The position numbers were made by a program, and so were the translations under genes. The notes beneath the pieces are model-generated. The model did not search any database, was not told the origin of the DNA, and saw nothing but the letters and a program-made list of their open reading frames with translations. Of a DNA stretch of 64,000 nucleotides, positions 13,076-26,192 are shown in pieces (the first letter of the stretch is position 1; the number at the start of each line of letters is the position of its first letter). Source of the stretch: Eledone cirrhosa (Eukaryota); contig OZ024751.1 in the NCBI GenBank assembly GCA_964016885.1, positions 39,556,001-39,620,000 of the forward strand, given 5' to 3'.

Positions 13076-15586
13076 CTTTGAATAACTTTGAAATGTTTTG
13101 GCCAGTATTGGCCCAGGCCATGTCTAACTTAATAGCACCACCTGGCGAAGTCTTTCAATTCAGGATTTGGGCACCATGGCCCATTCGAGAAGAGAATTAC
13201 TGTTTGCGGAGACATATCCGGGTGTGGGTGGTTTGTCCGGGATTACTTGGAGGAATTTGTCCAAAGACTTCTTGAATTTTGTGTGGTCAGTTTCTGTTTT
13301 GACGTGTCCTGGTGTGATGTTGAAGAGAGCAGGGCCGATTGAGGTGAAATAATTGTGCCGTATTGTTGTTATGAGTTGCGATTTAGATTTTTGAATGGGA
13401 CGGATAGCACGGGGCCCAAGCCTTGGGTGTATCTTGAAGGCGATGCCAACATCATTTGGGCAGTGATGATGGAACATTTTCCACATCATGCAGATAATAT
13501 AACGCTCACGGCGACGTTGGAGTGAGTAAAGTTTCAGGTTTTCCAATCGACCCCAGTAGTCAAGGTCTGACATGCCATCTATCTTTTTCGTGATTGCCCT
13601 TTGAGGAGCTTCAAGTTTCATGATACTTTGTTTCGTGTGGGGAGACCACAGTGGACAACAGTATTCAAGGTGTGGTCGGGCGAAAGTAGAGAAGAGAAGG
13701 ATAATGGTGCGGGAATCTCTCGACTGGAAGGTTCTGAGGATCCAGGAACACATTCTGCGGGCCATGTCAACTTTGCTGCTTATATGCGTGGTCCAGCTTA
13801 TGTTGCTGTCCACGGTTACTCCCAAGTCTCTGATGTTGTTAGATGCCACGAGAGTTTCCCCGGAGGGAAGGGAGTACGGGAGTTTCAGAGCATCCTCTTT
13901 TCCAAAGTGGATCAGTTCGAATTTGTCTTCGTTCAGTAACATGTTGTTCTTTTCTGCCCATTGGGTAACAGCCAGTAGGTCTGACTGAAGGCTTATCCGG
14001 TCATCCACGCCATTGATGACCTTTTGGAGCTTGGAATCATCAGCGAAAATTTTAATGTTGCTGTGTTTGATGATGTCAGTGATGTCATTAATATAGATGA
14101 TGAAGAGAAGTGGGCCCAACACAGTGCCTTGTGGGACTCCACTACTGACTTTGGCTGGGCTTGATTTGACTCCCTCAACTACAACATGTTGGGTTCTGTT
14201 TGACAGGAAGCTCTTGATCCACTGCAGCAGCTTTCCAGTGACACCAATATTGGACAGCTTTCTCAGTAGAATGTTATGATCAACCCTGTCAAAGGCCTTG
14301 CTGAAATCAAGGTAGATAACATCAGTGTTGGAACCCTCTCCCAAGGCTCTCAAAATGTCATCAAAGTGATGCAGTAGTTGCGTCAGGCAATCCCTTCCAT
14401 TACGGAATCCATGCTGGTTGGAGTTCAGAATATTGTTACTCTCAAGGAAGTGGGTCATTCGCGATCTCACCACTCGCTCAAATACCTTAATGATATGAGA
14501 GGTGAGTGAGATTGGACGGTAATTCACGGCAAGGGATTTGTTTCCCTTTTTGAAAACTGGGACAACAGACTGGGATAGAAGGTTTTCTGGCACATATCCA
14601 GCATCCAGTGAGTTCCGCCACAGATTGGCAAGAGGAGAAGCAAGTTGGTGTTGACACGCCTTCAAGACACAAGCAGGGAACCTATCGGGACCTACTGCTG
14701 AATTATGCTTGATTTCCTTTATTGCTGCCAAGACATCAGGGGCGCCAAACGTTATGTCCGATAAGGTGTAATGGGGAGTAACATCGCCGATACAGCCCAG
14801 ATCGGCCATATCAGGATTGCTGAAAACAGAGCAGTATTGTTTCTGCAGTATCTCACCCATGGTCTTAGCATTGTCTTGAAGAGTGCCATTTTCATCAATT
14901 AGAGGGCCAACAGTAGAGCCAGTGATTTTGTGTTTTTTTGCAAATGAAAAGAACACTTTGGGATTGAGTTTGATCTTCTCAATGGCCCAGGCCTCTTCAG
15001 CTCTTCTCTGATTGTTGATGAGGGACATTATGTTGTTTTGGAGGTTATGTTTTTTAATCTCTAGTGATGAAATGGCAGTCAAGTTGATGTGTTGCTGCTG
15101 ACAGTATTTCAGCTTGTTGATTTTTTTGTTCGTTCTCTTAATTTTTCTGATGAGCGTTTTTCTATTTCTAGGGATTCTGCTCTTAGATTTGTTTATAGTT
15201 CTTAATGGGGTGTGTTTAGCACATATGTTTGTAACAGTGTCCACAAATGTCTGCCAGGACTTTTTGATGTTAGTGGGTGTATGAGTGTGCGTGAAGGACC
15301 AGTCGACATGTGCAAGATCATGACTGATCGCTTCCCAGTTTGCATTGTGGAAATCCATAGCGTCAAACGGATGGACAGGAGAGATGACATTGGGTTTGTA
15401 TATTGGACGGTGGAATCTCAGATCACAGAGAACCATGTCATGATCAGAGAGTAGAGTTTTCTCCACTGCAATATTGTGGATATTGTCAGTGTGATTGCTG
15501 AAAATTAAGTCTAGGACGTTTTTGTGGCACCTCGTTGGTTCGAGCACTAGTTGGGATAGGAAGAAATCATCCATGAAGTCAAGAAG

Positions 15587-15589
<3 letters not shown>
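13074..15589 (-). mobile_element. 5'-truncated CR1-group LINE with an uninterrupted 804-aa ORF2 part (13160-15574: end of APE + reverse transcriptase)
   Basis: EPTR..NVLDLIFSN..SDH, NYRPISLTS, QHGFR, YLDFSKAFDRVDH, SGVPQGTVLGPLLF, FADD; short 3' UTR ending TTCAAAGTTATTCAAAGTTA; (TA)n on both sides. Confidence 0.92.
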
Positions 15590-15649
<60 letters not shown>

Positions 15650-15683
15650 AATCTATCTATCTATCTATTTATCTATATATTTT

Positions 15684-15726
<43 letters not shown>

Positions 15727-15796
15727 TTCAACACACGTTTTCAGATAAAGAATCTTGCTAAACAAATTCAGAAACGAAATATATATATATATATAT

Positions 15797-15906
15797 TTAA
15801 TATTGAAAGGCTTCTACAGGACTAGAACTATTTCATTCGGGAGAAATCATCATGATTTCTCCCGAATGAAATAGTTCTAGTCCTGTAGAAGCCTTTCTAT
15901 ATTAAA
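15797..15906. repeat. Near-perfect palindrome (~50-bp arms) carrying the 3' part of a hammerhead-like motif
   Basis: AAGGCTTCTACAGGACTAGAACTATTTCATTCGGGAGAAATCAT / ATGATTTCTCCCGAATGAAATAGTTCTAGTCCTGTAGAAGCCTT; related to 51172-51232. Confidence 0.85.
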
Positions 15907-16084
15907 TATGTATACTCTGCTTTGTATTGAGTACCTTACTTACTGTGGTTACCCCCGATTGAACCCGGGATATAGTTATATATATGTGTGTGTGTGTGCG
16001 CGTGTGTGTGTGTGTGTGTGTGTCTGTCTGTCTGTCTATCTATCTCTCTACTTACACTCATATATGTATGTGTACATGTGTGTA

Positions 16085-16725
16085 AGGAGGTGAATTGACA
16101 GAGTCATTAGAACATCAAATAGAATGCTTTGCGGTATCCGTTCAGGGCCTCCGCTCTCTGAGTTCGAATAACTCAATATCGACCTTCATCCTTTCGAGGT
16201 CGATAAATAATACCAGTGTAATACTGGGGTCAATTCTTCCTTTAAATCCCTCGATGTTGATAAATAGTACCAGTCTAATACTGGAGTGAATCCCTCTTCC
16301 ACATCTGTCGATGTTGATAAATAATTGTTTCTACTTTAGGCACAAGGCCAGCAATTACCCAGTGCATTACTGGTACTTTATTTTATCGACCCCGTAAGTA
16401 TGAAAGGCAAAGTTAACCTCGGTGGGATTTGAACTCAGACCGTAAAGGGACGTAACTATGCTAGAAAGCATGGCGTCCGACCCTCTACCCATACTGCCAA
16501 TTGTTGATAAATAATACCAGTGTAATACTGTGGTCAATTATTATTCTACATCTCTCGTGGTTGATAAATAGTACCAGTATAATACTGGGGTGAATTCTTC
16601 CTTTAAATCCCTCGATGTTGATAAAAAGTACCAGTCTAATACTGGGGTCAATTCTTCCTTTAAATCCCTCGATGTTGATAAAAAGTACCAGTCTAATACT
16701 GGGGTGAATTCTTCCTCTACATCTC
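16085..16725. repeat. SINE with a ~59-bp tandemly amplified 3' segment, interrupted by a minus-strand SINE (16322-16502)
   Basis: Repeated TACCAGT.TAATACTGGGGT.AATTCTTCCTTTAAATCCCTCGATGTTGATAAA. Confidence 0.75.
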
Positions 16726-17063
16726 TTTCTCACATTCTCTCCTTCCTTGACATTGACTTTGCTTTAGTATGTTTACATTTGGCAAATATATTTAAATATT
16801 TGTTGATATATAATCATTAGCTGCGTTGATCTTTACGAAGATTGGTTTTTCTATTAATAACGACCGACATCTTCACTGCTATGTTGATAAACCTTGGCAT
16901 GTTTGTGGTTTCCTAGACAATGAGGGCATTCAACTCTTATCTAGTTGTTGAGATGGCTTCGTAAGAGGTTATCGATCTCTAGGTCATACCTGATTGTGCT
17001 GGTGGTTTTCTAGATATTACGGGCACTATATAACCCAAGATGTGTTGTCTATTAACGTTTGCC

Positions 17064-17240
17064 GTCCCCAAACGGGGAGTAGCATGAAAAAGAATACCTC
17101 AAAACGGGTAGAAATGGGGCAAAATGGATAGATTTTACACGAAGAAAGCTATTCCCATTTTCACAAGAGAAGACATCTCCCACTCACCCCAAAGTGGGTG
17201 GAAGATCTCCCTGTCGGACGGGGGAGAGTTGACAGGTCCG
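17064..17240 (-). mobile_element. Truncated copy of the CAGACCTG MITE
   Basis: Homologous to 11513-11711; ends GTTGACAGGTCCG. Confidence 0.7.
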
Positions 17241-20200
17241 CTTCGGTTCATTCTCGCCGGGTTAAGCTGGGGGAAGAAGCCTGCAGCATCCAAGCCATGC
17301 TTTGCTTTATGATCTCGTTGAGAGCAACATATCGTGGAATGTGACCGGAACTGTAGCGACAGGACATCGGGTGGAGGCCGAAAGAGGCACTGTGGAGACA
17401 GGACATCGGGTGGAGGCCGAAAGAGGCACTGTAGCGACAGGACATCGGGTGGAGGCCGAAAGAGGCACTGTGGAGACAGGACATCGGATGGAGGCCGAAA
17501 GAGGCACTGTGGAGACAGGACATCGGGTGGAGGCCGAAAGAGGCACTGTAGCGACAGGACATCGGGTGGAGGCCGAAAGAGGCACTGTGGAGACAGGACA
17601 TCGGGGGAAGGCCGAAAGAGGCACTGTGGAGATAGGACATCGGGTGGAGGCCGAAAGAAGCACTGTAGCGACAGGACATCGGGTGGAGGCCGAAAGAGGC
17701 ACTGTAGCGACAGGACATCGGGTGGAGGCCGAAAGAGGCACTGTGGAGACAGGACATCGGGTGGAGGCCGAAAGAGGCACTGTAGCGACAGGACATCGGG
17801 TGGAGGCCGAAAGAGGCACTGTGGAGACAGGACATCGGGTGGAGGCCGAAAGAGGCACTGTAGCGACAGGACATCGGGTGGAGGCCGAAAGAGGCACTGT
17901 GGAGACAGGACATCGGGTGGAGGCCGAAAGAGGCACTGTAGCGACAGGACATCGGGTGGAGGCCGAAAGAGGCACTGTGGAGACAGGACATCGGGTGGAG
18001 GCCGAAAGAGGCACTGTAGCGACAGGACATCGGGTGGAGGCCGAAAGAGGCACTGTGGAGACAGGACATCGGGTGGAGGCCGAAAGAGGCACTGTGGAGA
18101 CAGGACATCGGGTGGAGGCCGAAAGAGGCACTGTAGCGACAGGACATCGGGTGGAGGCCGAAAGAGGCACTGTAGCGACAGGACATCGGGTGGAGGCCGA
18201 AAGAGGCACTGTAGCGACAGGACATCGGGTGGAGGCCGAAAGAGGCACTGTAGCGACAGGACATCGGGTGGAGGCCGAAAGAGGCACCGTGGAGACAGGA
18301 CATCGGGTGGAGGCCGAAAGAGGCACTGTAGCGACAGGACATCGGGTGGAGGCCGAAAGAGGCACTGTGGAGACAGGACATCGGGTGGAGGCCGAAAGAG
18401 GCACTGTAGCGACAGGACATCGGGTGGAGGCCGAAAGAGGCACTGTGGAGACAGGACATCGGGTGGAGGCCGAAAGAGGCACTGTGGAGACAGGACATCG
18501 GGTGGAGGCCGAAAGAGGCACTGTAGCGACAGGACATCGGGTGGAGGCCGAAAGAGGCACTGTAGCGACAGGACATCGGGTGGAGGCCGAAAGAGGCACT
18601 GTGGAGACAGGACATCGGGTGGAGGCTGAAAGAGGCACTGTAGCGACAGGACATCGGGTGGAGGCCGAAAGAGGCACTGTAGCGACAGGACATCGGGTGG
18701 AGGCCGAAAGAGGCACTGTAGCGACAGGACATCGGGTGGAGGCCGAAAGAGGCACTGTAGCGACAGGACATCGGGTGGAGGCCGAAAGAGGCACTGTAGC
18801 GACAGGACATCGGGTGGAGGCCGAAAGAGGCACTGTGGAGACAGGACATCGGGTGGAGGCTGAAAGAGGCACTGTAGCGACAGGACATCGGGTGGAGGCC
18901 GAAAGAGGCACTGTAGCGACAGGACATCGGGTGGAGGCCGAAAGAGGCACTGTAGCGACAGGACATCGGGTGGAGGCCGAAAGAGGCACTGTAGCGACAG
19001 GACATCGGGTGGAGGCCGAAAGAGGCACTGTAGCGACAGGACATCGGGTGGAGGCCGAAAGAGGCACTGTAGCGACAGGACATCGGGTGGAGGCCGAAAG
19101 AGGCACTGTAGCGACAGGACATCGGGTGGAGGCCGAAAGAGGCACTGTGGAGACAGGACATCGGGTGGAGGCTGAAAGAGGCACTGTAGCGACAGGACAT
19201 CGGGTGGAGGCCGAAAGAGGCACTGTAGCGACAGGACATCGGGTGGAGGCCGAAAGAGGCACTGTAGCGACAGGACATCGGGTGGAGGCCGAAAGAGGCA
19301 CTGTGGAGACAGGACATCGGGTGGAGGCTGAAAGAGGCACTGTAGCGACAGGACATCGGGTGGAGGCCGAAAGAGGCACTGTAGCGACAGGACATCGGGT
19401 GGAGGCCGAAAGAGGCACTGTAGCGACAGGACATCGGGTGGAGGCCGAAAGAGGCACTGTAGCGACAGGACATCGGGTGGAGGCCGAAAGAGGCACTGTA
19501 GCGACAGGACATCGGGTGGAGGCCGAAAGAGGCACTGTAGCGACAGGACATCGGGTGGAGGCCGAAAGAGGCACTGTAGCGACAGGACATCGGGTGGAGG
19601 CTGAAAGAGGCACTGTAGCGACAGGACATCGGGTGGAGGCCGAAAGAGGCACTGTAGCGACAGGACATCGGGTGGAGGCCGAAAGAGGCACTGTAGCGAC
19701 AGGACATCGGGTGGAGGCCGAAAGAGGCACCGTGGAGACAGGACATCGGGTGGAGGCCGAAAGAGGCACTGTAGCGACAGGACATCGGGTGGAGGCCGAA
19801 AGAGGCACTGTGGAGACAGGACATCGGGTGGAGGCCGAAAGAGGCACTGTAGCGACAGGACATCGGGTGGAGGCCGAAAGAGGCACTGTGGAGACAGGAC
19901 ATCGGGTGGAGGCCGAAAGAGGCACTGTGGAGACAGGACATCGGGTGGAGGCCGAAAGAGGCACTGTGGAGACAGGACATCGGGTGGAGGCCGAAAGAGG
20001 CACTCTAGCGACAGGACATCGGGTGGAGGCCGAAAGAGGCACTGTAGCGACAGGACATCGGGTGGAGGCCGAAAGAGGCACTGTAGCGACAGGACATCGG
20101 GTGGAGGCCGAAAGAGGCACTGTGGAGACAGGACATCGGGTGGAGGCCGAAAGAGGCACTGTAGCGACAGGACATCGGGTGGAGGCCGAAAGAGGCACTG

Positions 20201-21580
20201 TGGAGACAGGACATCGGGTGGAGGCCGAAAGAGGCACTGTGGAGACAGGACATCGGGTGGAGGCCGAAAGAGGCACTGTGGAGACAGGACATCGGGTGGA
20301 GGCCGAAAGAGGCACTGTGGAGACAGGACATCGGGTGGAGGCCGAAAGAGGCACTGTGGCGACAGGACATCGGGTGGAGGCCGAAAGAGGCACTGTGGAG
20401 ACAGGACATCGGGTGGAGGCCGGAAGAGGCACTGTGGAGACAGGACATCGGGTGGAGGCCGAAAGAGGCACTGTGGAGACAGGACATCGGGTGGAGGCCG
20501 AAAGAGGCACTGTGGAGACAGGACATCGGGTGGAGGCCGAAAGAGGCACTGTAGCGACAGGACATCGGGTGGAGGCCGAAAGAGGCACTGTAGCGACAGG
20601 ACATCGGGTGGAGGCCGAAATAGGCACTGTGGAGACAGGACATCGGGTGGAGGCCGAAAGAGGCACTGTGGAGACAGGACATCGGGTGGAGGCCGAAAGA
20701 GGCACTGTGGAGACAGGACATCGGGTGGAGGCCGAAAGAGGCACTGTGGAGACAGGACATCGGGTGGAGGCCGAAAGAGGCACTGTGGGGACAGGACATC
20801 GGGTGGAGGCCGAAAGAGGCACTGTGGAGACAGGACATCGGGTGGAGGCCGAAAGAGGCACTGTAGCGACAGGACATCGGGTGGAGGCCGAAAGAGGCAC
20901 TGTGGAGACAGGACATCGGGTGGAGGCCGAAAGAGGCACTGTAGCGACAGGACATCGGGTGGAGGCCGAAAGAGGCACTGTAGCGACAGGACATCGGGTG
21001 GAGGCCGAAAGAGGCACTGTGGAGACAGGACATCGGGTGGAGGCCGAAAGAGGCACTGTAGCGACAGGACATCGGGTGGAGGCTGAAAGAGGCACTGTGG
21101 GGACAGGACATCGGGTGGAGGCCGAAAGAGGCACTGTGGAGACAGGACATCGGGTGGAGGCTGAAAGAGGCACTGTGGGGACAGGACATCGGGTGGAGGC
21201 CGAAAGAGGCACTGTGGGGACAGGATATCGGGTGGAGGCCGAAAGAGGCACTGTGGAGACAGGACATCGGGTGGAGGCTGAACGAGGCACTGTGGAGACA
21301 GGACATCGGGTGGAGGCCGAAAGAGGCACTGTGGAGACAGGACATCGGGTGGAGGCTGAACGAGGCACTGTGGAGACAGGACATCGGGTGGAGGCTGAAC
21401 GAGGCACTGTGGAGACAGGACATCGGGTGGAGGCTGAACGAGGCACTGTGGAGACAGGACATCGGGTGGAGGCCGAAAGAGGCACTGTGGAGACAGGACA
21501 TCGGGTGGAGGCTGAACGAGGCACTGTGGAGACAGGACATCGGGTGGAGGCTGAACGAGTCTATGCTGAATCCACAACGT
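17241..21580 (-). mobile_element. CRE-type retrotransposon fragment (CCHC zinc-knuckle region) expanded internally by the 39-bp minisatellite
   Basis: Unique flanks plus one unit read RCGFSIDSFSLHPMSC-RYSSGHIPRYVALNEIIKQS-(frameshift)-LDAAGFFPQLNP, matching the CxCG..D..GLH..SC....G...RH..LN..I...L..AG....LEP motif of CRE-like RLE elements. Confidence 0.7.
17349..21558. repeat. 39-bp GC-rich minisatellite, ~108 units, two main interspersed variants
   Basis: Unit CACTGT(AGC/GGA)GACAGGACATCGGGTGGAGGCCGAAAGAGG. Confidence 0.98.
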
Positions 21581-22625
21581 CTAATCTAGTTGTATTTATG
21601 TTGAGACGTACGACCTTGTAATGTAATCGTTTATCTCCATCTCGAACCTGATTATGCTGACATACGATGAAAACCATTTCAACCATGACCATCATGTATT
21701 ATCTACGTGTCTACGTGCGTTATCTTGGATTACATTAAATCAGTATTTTAATGAAATGAGGTTATTTTGGTTTGTAATTTCGAGTGACTATGTATTGCCA
21801 CATTCGCTGATTCTTTGTAAATATATTATATTACAAGCTGGTGTGAAAGTGTTGTGGCTTATATAACCAATATAACAATTAATACCTTCTTTTATATCCT
21901 CCATGTTTGCTTTAAAATTTATAGGTAATATTATATTCAGTAATTTGATTGTTCAATGGCTTCCAGGCAAGCGGTTTATTGCAGGTGAAAAAGGTTATAA
22001 TTTAAACATTTTACATTTTCCTAGCCTATTATTAATTTTAGTTTATGACTAGGTCTAATGCAAGCTCTGTTCTACATTTTTGAACTGTTGGTTTTATTTA
22101 TTTTTTAGTAATATCTTCTTCTATTCTAAGCAGAACAAACTCAAACTTCTCATACGTCAATGCCTAAAGATAATTATGAAAGTAATCATAATTTATCAAC
22201 ATTTAAACTGGGGGGGGGGGGGGTCTTCTATAAACGTATTCACTTCGTTTCATTATTTTTGAAGAGAATGGAATGCAAAAGATATTAGATTTGTAAGATT
22301 TAATAAACTTTAGAATAATAGTGAAAAATAAATAGGCAGAGATTTATCTGAAGAAATACGCAATTTTTATTGAGTTTGTCAACAAATTTTGAAAATGGTT
22401 AAAGCAAAATTACATAACGTATTGCTATACGTGTGTTGAAATTTCGATAGGAACCGACGACAACGAGTGTTCCAATTGTTTGATCAACGTAACAGCTTGA
22501 TCATGAAATTAACACACACGTGTACCCATAACGTATTTCTCAGGGAGATTCAGCGTTACACAGTCTGTGGCATGTCTAGCTGTTTGAATTATATGTACAA
22601 TTCATTATTTTCTCAGTCGAGTGGA

Positions 22626-23058
22626 ATAGGCGGTGGATTGGCAGTATTGGTAGAGTGTCGGATGCCATGCTTTGACGCATAGAGTTACGGCCCTTCCCAT
22701 TCTGAGTTCAAATCCCGCCGAGGTTAACTTTGCCTTTCATCCTTACGGGGTCGATAAAATAAAGTAGCAGTAATACACTGTGTAATTGCTGGCCTTGTGC
22801 CTAACGTAGAAACAATTATTTTCTCAGTCGAGTGGATTTTATATGTACAATTCATTATTTGTTCAGGGCGGTGGATTAGAAGTATCGGTAGAGGGTCGGA
22901 CGCCATGCTTTGAAGCAAAGAGTTACGGCCCTTTGTGGTCTGAGTTCAAATCCCGCCGATGTTAACTTTGTCTTTCATCCTTACGGGGTCGATAAAATAA
23001 AGTACCAGTAATGTACTGGTTAATTGCTGGCCTTGTGCCAAAAGTAGAAACAATTATT
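22626..23058 (+). mobile_element. Two OK-like SINEs in tandem inside an older SINE
   Basis: Two full family copies; TTATTTT(T)CTCAGTCGAGTG occurs three times (before, between, after) as TSD-like repeats. Confidence 0.8.
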
Positions 23059-23539
23059 TTCTCAGTCGAGTGAACTGAAGCAATGTTAAATAAGGTTTTA
23101 TTTTGTTCAAAATACAAAGCGAAACCGGGAATCGAACTCACAATCGCAAGCTAAAATATAATTAATAATCAATAAGCCACGCTGCGTCTACACAGTACAC
23201 ACAGCAGATAACGTTTAAAACCAAAGACAGTGTGAACGCCCCAGGCTAACTAATGTTGGAATAGATAAATAGAGAGGAGAACTACAGCGACATCAGATGA
23301 ATTCATAAGAATGAGGAAAGAAGAGAGACATTGTTTTCAACAGAGTAAAAAAGTATATGTTTTGTTTACTGATTCTGTTCGTGAAAATGTGAATGAGATT
23401 GTGAGGTGGGTGTAAGTAACACGCATAGTCAAGCTTGGAGGCATAATAAATTGAGGCAGGCATAAATAGAAGCTGGTGAGCTAGAAATAGATGAGGAGAG
23501 GAACAATTTGTTGTGTTTTCATTAATTATTTATTCCTAG

Positions 23540-24105
23540 GGGCGTTAGATTGGCAGAATAATTAGGGCATCGGACAAATATGTAGTAGTAGTAGTTGTTA
23601 CGGATCTTTACGTTCTGGGTTCAAATCCCACCAAGGTTAGCTTTGCATTTCATCCTCACAGGGTCGATAAAATAAAATACCAGTAATACACTGAGGTCAA
23701 CTTGATCGACTTTGCGCCAAAATTAGGAACCATTATTTATTTCTAGGCGACAGCGGTGGATTTCCAGAGTCGATAGAGCGTTGGACAAACTCTTTTGTGG
23801 TATTTATTTTAGGACTTTCTAAATTCTCAGTTCAAATATCACCTTGATTAAATTTGTCTTTCATTATTCCGGTATCGAAGGGTGGTGAACTGGCAATATC
23901 GGTAGAGACTCGGACGCCTTGCTTTGCAGCATAGAGTTATGGTCCTTTACGGTCTGAGTTCAAATCCTGCCGAGGTTAACTTTGCCTTTCATCCTTACGG
24001 GGTCGATAAAATAAAGTACCAGTAATGCACTGGGGTCGATTAGATCGACTCCCCCCCCCCCAAAAAAAAAAAATTACTGGCCTTGTGCCTATAGTAGAAA
24101 TCATT
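23540..24105 (+). mobile_element. Cluster of three SINE copies
   Basis: Three successive A-box/B-box heads and GTTAACTTTGCCTTTCATCC-type bodies. Confidence 0.75.
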
Positions 24106-24558
24106 ATTCCGGTATTGGTGAAGTACCAGTCAAGTACTGGGGATGGGGGTGATATAATTGACTTTATTTTTCTACCATTAAAAACAGAAAGAATTATTTT
24201 ATTCGCAGCAGATCGTAGCTACGATAAAATGTCTTTTAATATTGTTTATTTCTATTTTTTATGTTATTTTCTTTTTTTTTTTTTAGCTCTCAGAGAGGTT
24301 CTTTGTTTCCGTCTAATTCTGTTAGTTTGTTTGCCAAAGGAAACTAATTCTAGACACACCACAAACAGAACAAAAATAAATGTATTCATTTATACATCAT
24401 TGTCTATAGATAATTATAAATTGGATTTACACCTTCAGCAATTGTTTTACCTGAGATATCTTGTAAATAAATAAAAGGCTGTATAATAGGTACAATAATA
24501 GAGGTGTGGTTAAGGAGTTCACTTCGTAGCATTGTGGCCACGGTAAAATAAATAAACT

Positions 24559-24589
<31 letters not shown>

Positions 24590-24954
24590 GGAAATGTGGT
24601 AAGGAACTGAACCAGGTGGACCATAACGCACCAAAGTACTCAATACTTGAGGTAGTAGAGTGGGTAATATATATATAATAGTAATAAACGAAAGATATAT
24701 ATATACTTTATATCATCTCTATTTATTTCATTATACATATTTCGAAGATATAAAGTTTTATGTATAACATAAAGCAAAACATGTCCTCCTCAGATAAAAT
24801 ACATAGAAAATGTATAATTTTTGTCATGATATGCTGGTAGATATACGAGCTAGACAGATCGATGACCACCATATATATATATATATATATATATATAAAC
24901 GGAAAAAATGAAACGAAATTTCATTTCCCACTCTTAGTACGGCTGTTACTTAAA

Positions 24955-25563
24955 TATAAGTATGTACACGTACATACATATATGTATACAGACGTACAGT
25001 AGTATGTATATATACATGCACACATATATATATATGTACGTATGGATTCACTGAACATTTATTATAATGCTCGGTGTGTTTGTAAACAAACATCCCGTAT
25101 TAAGCCGTAGTGTCTAGCAACCATCGTTGCTCGTTTGTTCAACACTGACAAAGGAACGCTGTACTAGTTTCAAGCTTATTAGCTATCGTCAGCAACGTAT
25201 ACCTTCCTGCCAGATTGTTGAACGTTTGAAAGTATATACTTTCCTTATGCATATTAATGGCTGAGTAGCCCAATTTGCATATCGAGTGGGTTAATCGGCC
25301 GGGTGCACCGAAAAGCTTGAAAAGCTTGAAAAGCTTGAAACTAGTACAGCGTTCCTTTGTCAGTGTTGAACAAACGAGCAACAATGGTTGCTAGACACTA
25401 CGGCTTAATACGGGATGTTTGTTTACAACCACACCGAGCATTATAATAAATGTTCAGTGATCCATACGTACATATATATATGTGTGCATGCATGTATATA
25501 TATATATATACATACTACTGTACGTCTGTATACATATAAGTATGTACGTGTACATACTTATAT
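24955..25563. repeat. Long fold-back inverted repeat (~225-bp arms, ~150-bp spacer)
   Basis: 24955-25177 versus 25331-25563; the same family occurs at 34102-34331. Confidence 0.9.
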
Positions 25564-25591
25564 ATATATATATATATATATAAATATATAT

Positions 25592-25808
25592 AAATCAAGA
25601 AAGAAGGGTGACACGGTTTGCTATACAATAAGGGCTTTAATCACATTGCTGACAATTGTTTCTCTGAACTGGTAGGTCTAGAGATCGCTACCCGCCTGTT
25701 TCTGCGTCAATCGATCACCAATACATAGTTATAACCAGTCAATTCATCAGAGGTTGCGAGAAAAGCCCTTATTGTATAGCAAACCGTGTCACTCTTCTTT
25801 CTTGATTT
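25592..25808. repeat. Inverted repeat (47-bp arms) enclosing a minus-strand hammerhead-like core
   Basis: 25592-25638 versus 25762-25808; minus strand carries CTGATGA ... GAAA CAATTG TC AGCA. Confidence 0.75.
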
Positions 25809-25977
25809 ATTATTACTCCAAGTGTAAGCAACATAGAAATCACCGCTTACTCGCAACATCACTATGGAAACGCCTTGTTGAGTTAAACTTAGCCAAGCGT
25901 TGATACCATCCACTACTCAGAGTACCCTAACTGGACTACATCTAAGTGGACTACCTATAACAATAATCTGTTATCCC

Positions 25978-26074
<97 letters not shown>

Positions 26075-26192
26075 TATTGCAAGGTATTTGACGTTCTCGT
26101 TAAATTTTAATGTTACCTACGTAACTATGTGTGTTAACACTCTTTACTAATTATCCCCTGTAATTGTTTGATGTGTTTATTTTATATATATA

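Noticed and set aside
17349-21558. CRISPR-like array
   Set aside because: Contiguous units with no unique spacers, no cas genes, eukaryotic context
17135-21621. ORFs of 1400+ aa in several frames
   Set aside because: A 39-bp unit (multiple of 3) without stops keeps several frames on both strands open; no gene context; explained by TE-derived minisatellite
22626-22720. tRNA genes at A/B-box motifs
   Set aside because: All continue into SINE bodies; no cloverleaf or terminator
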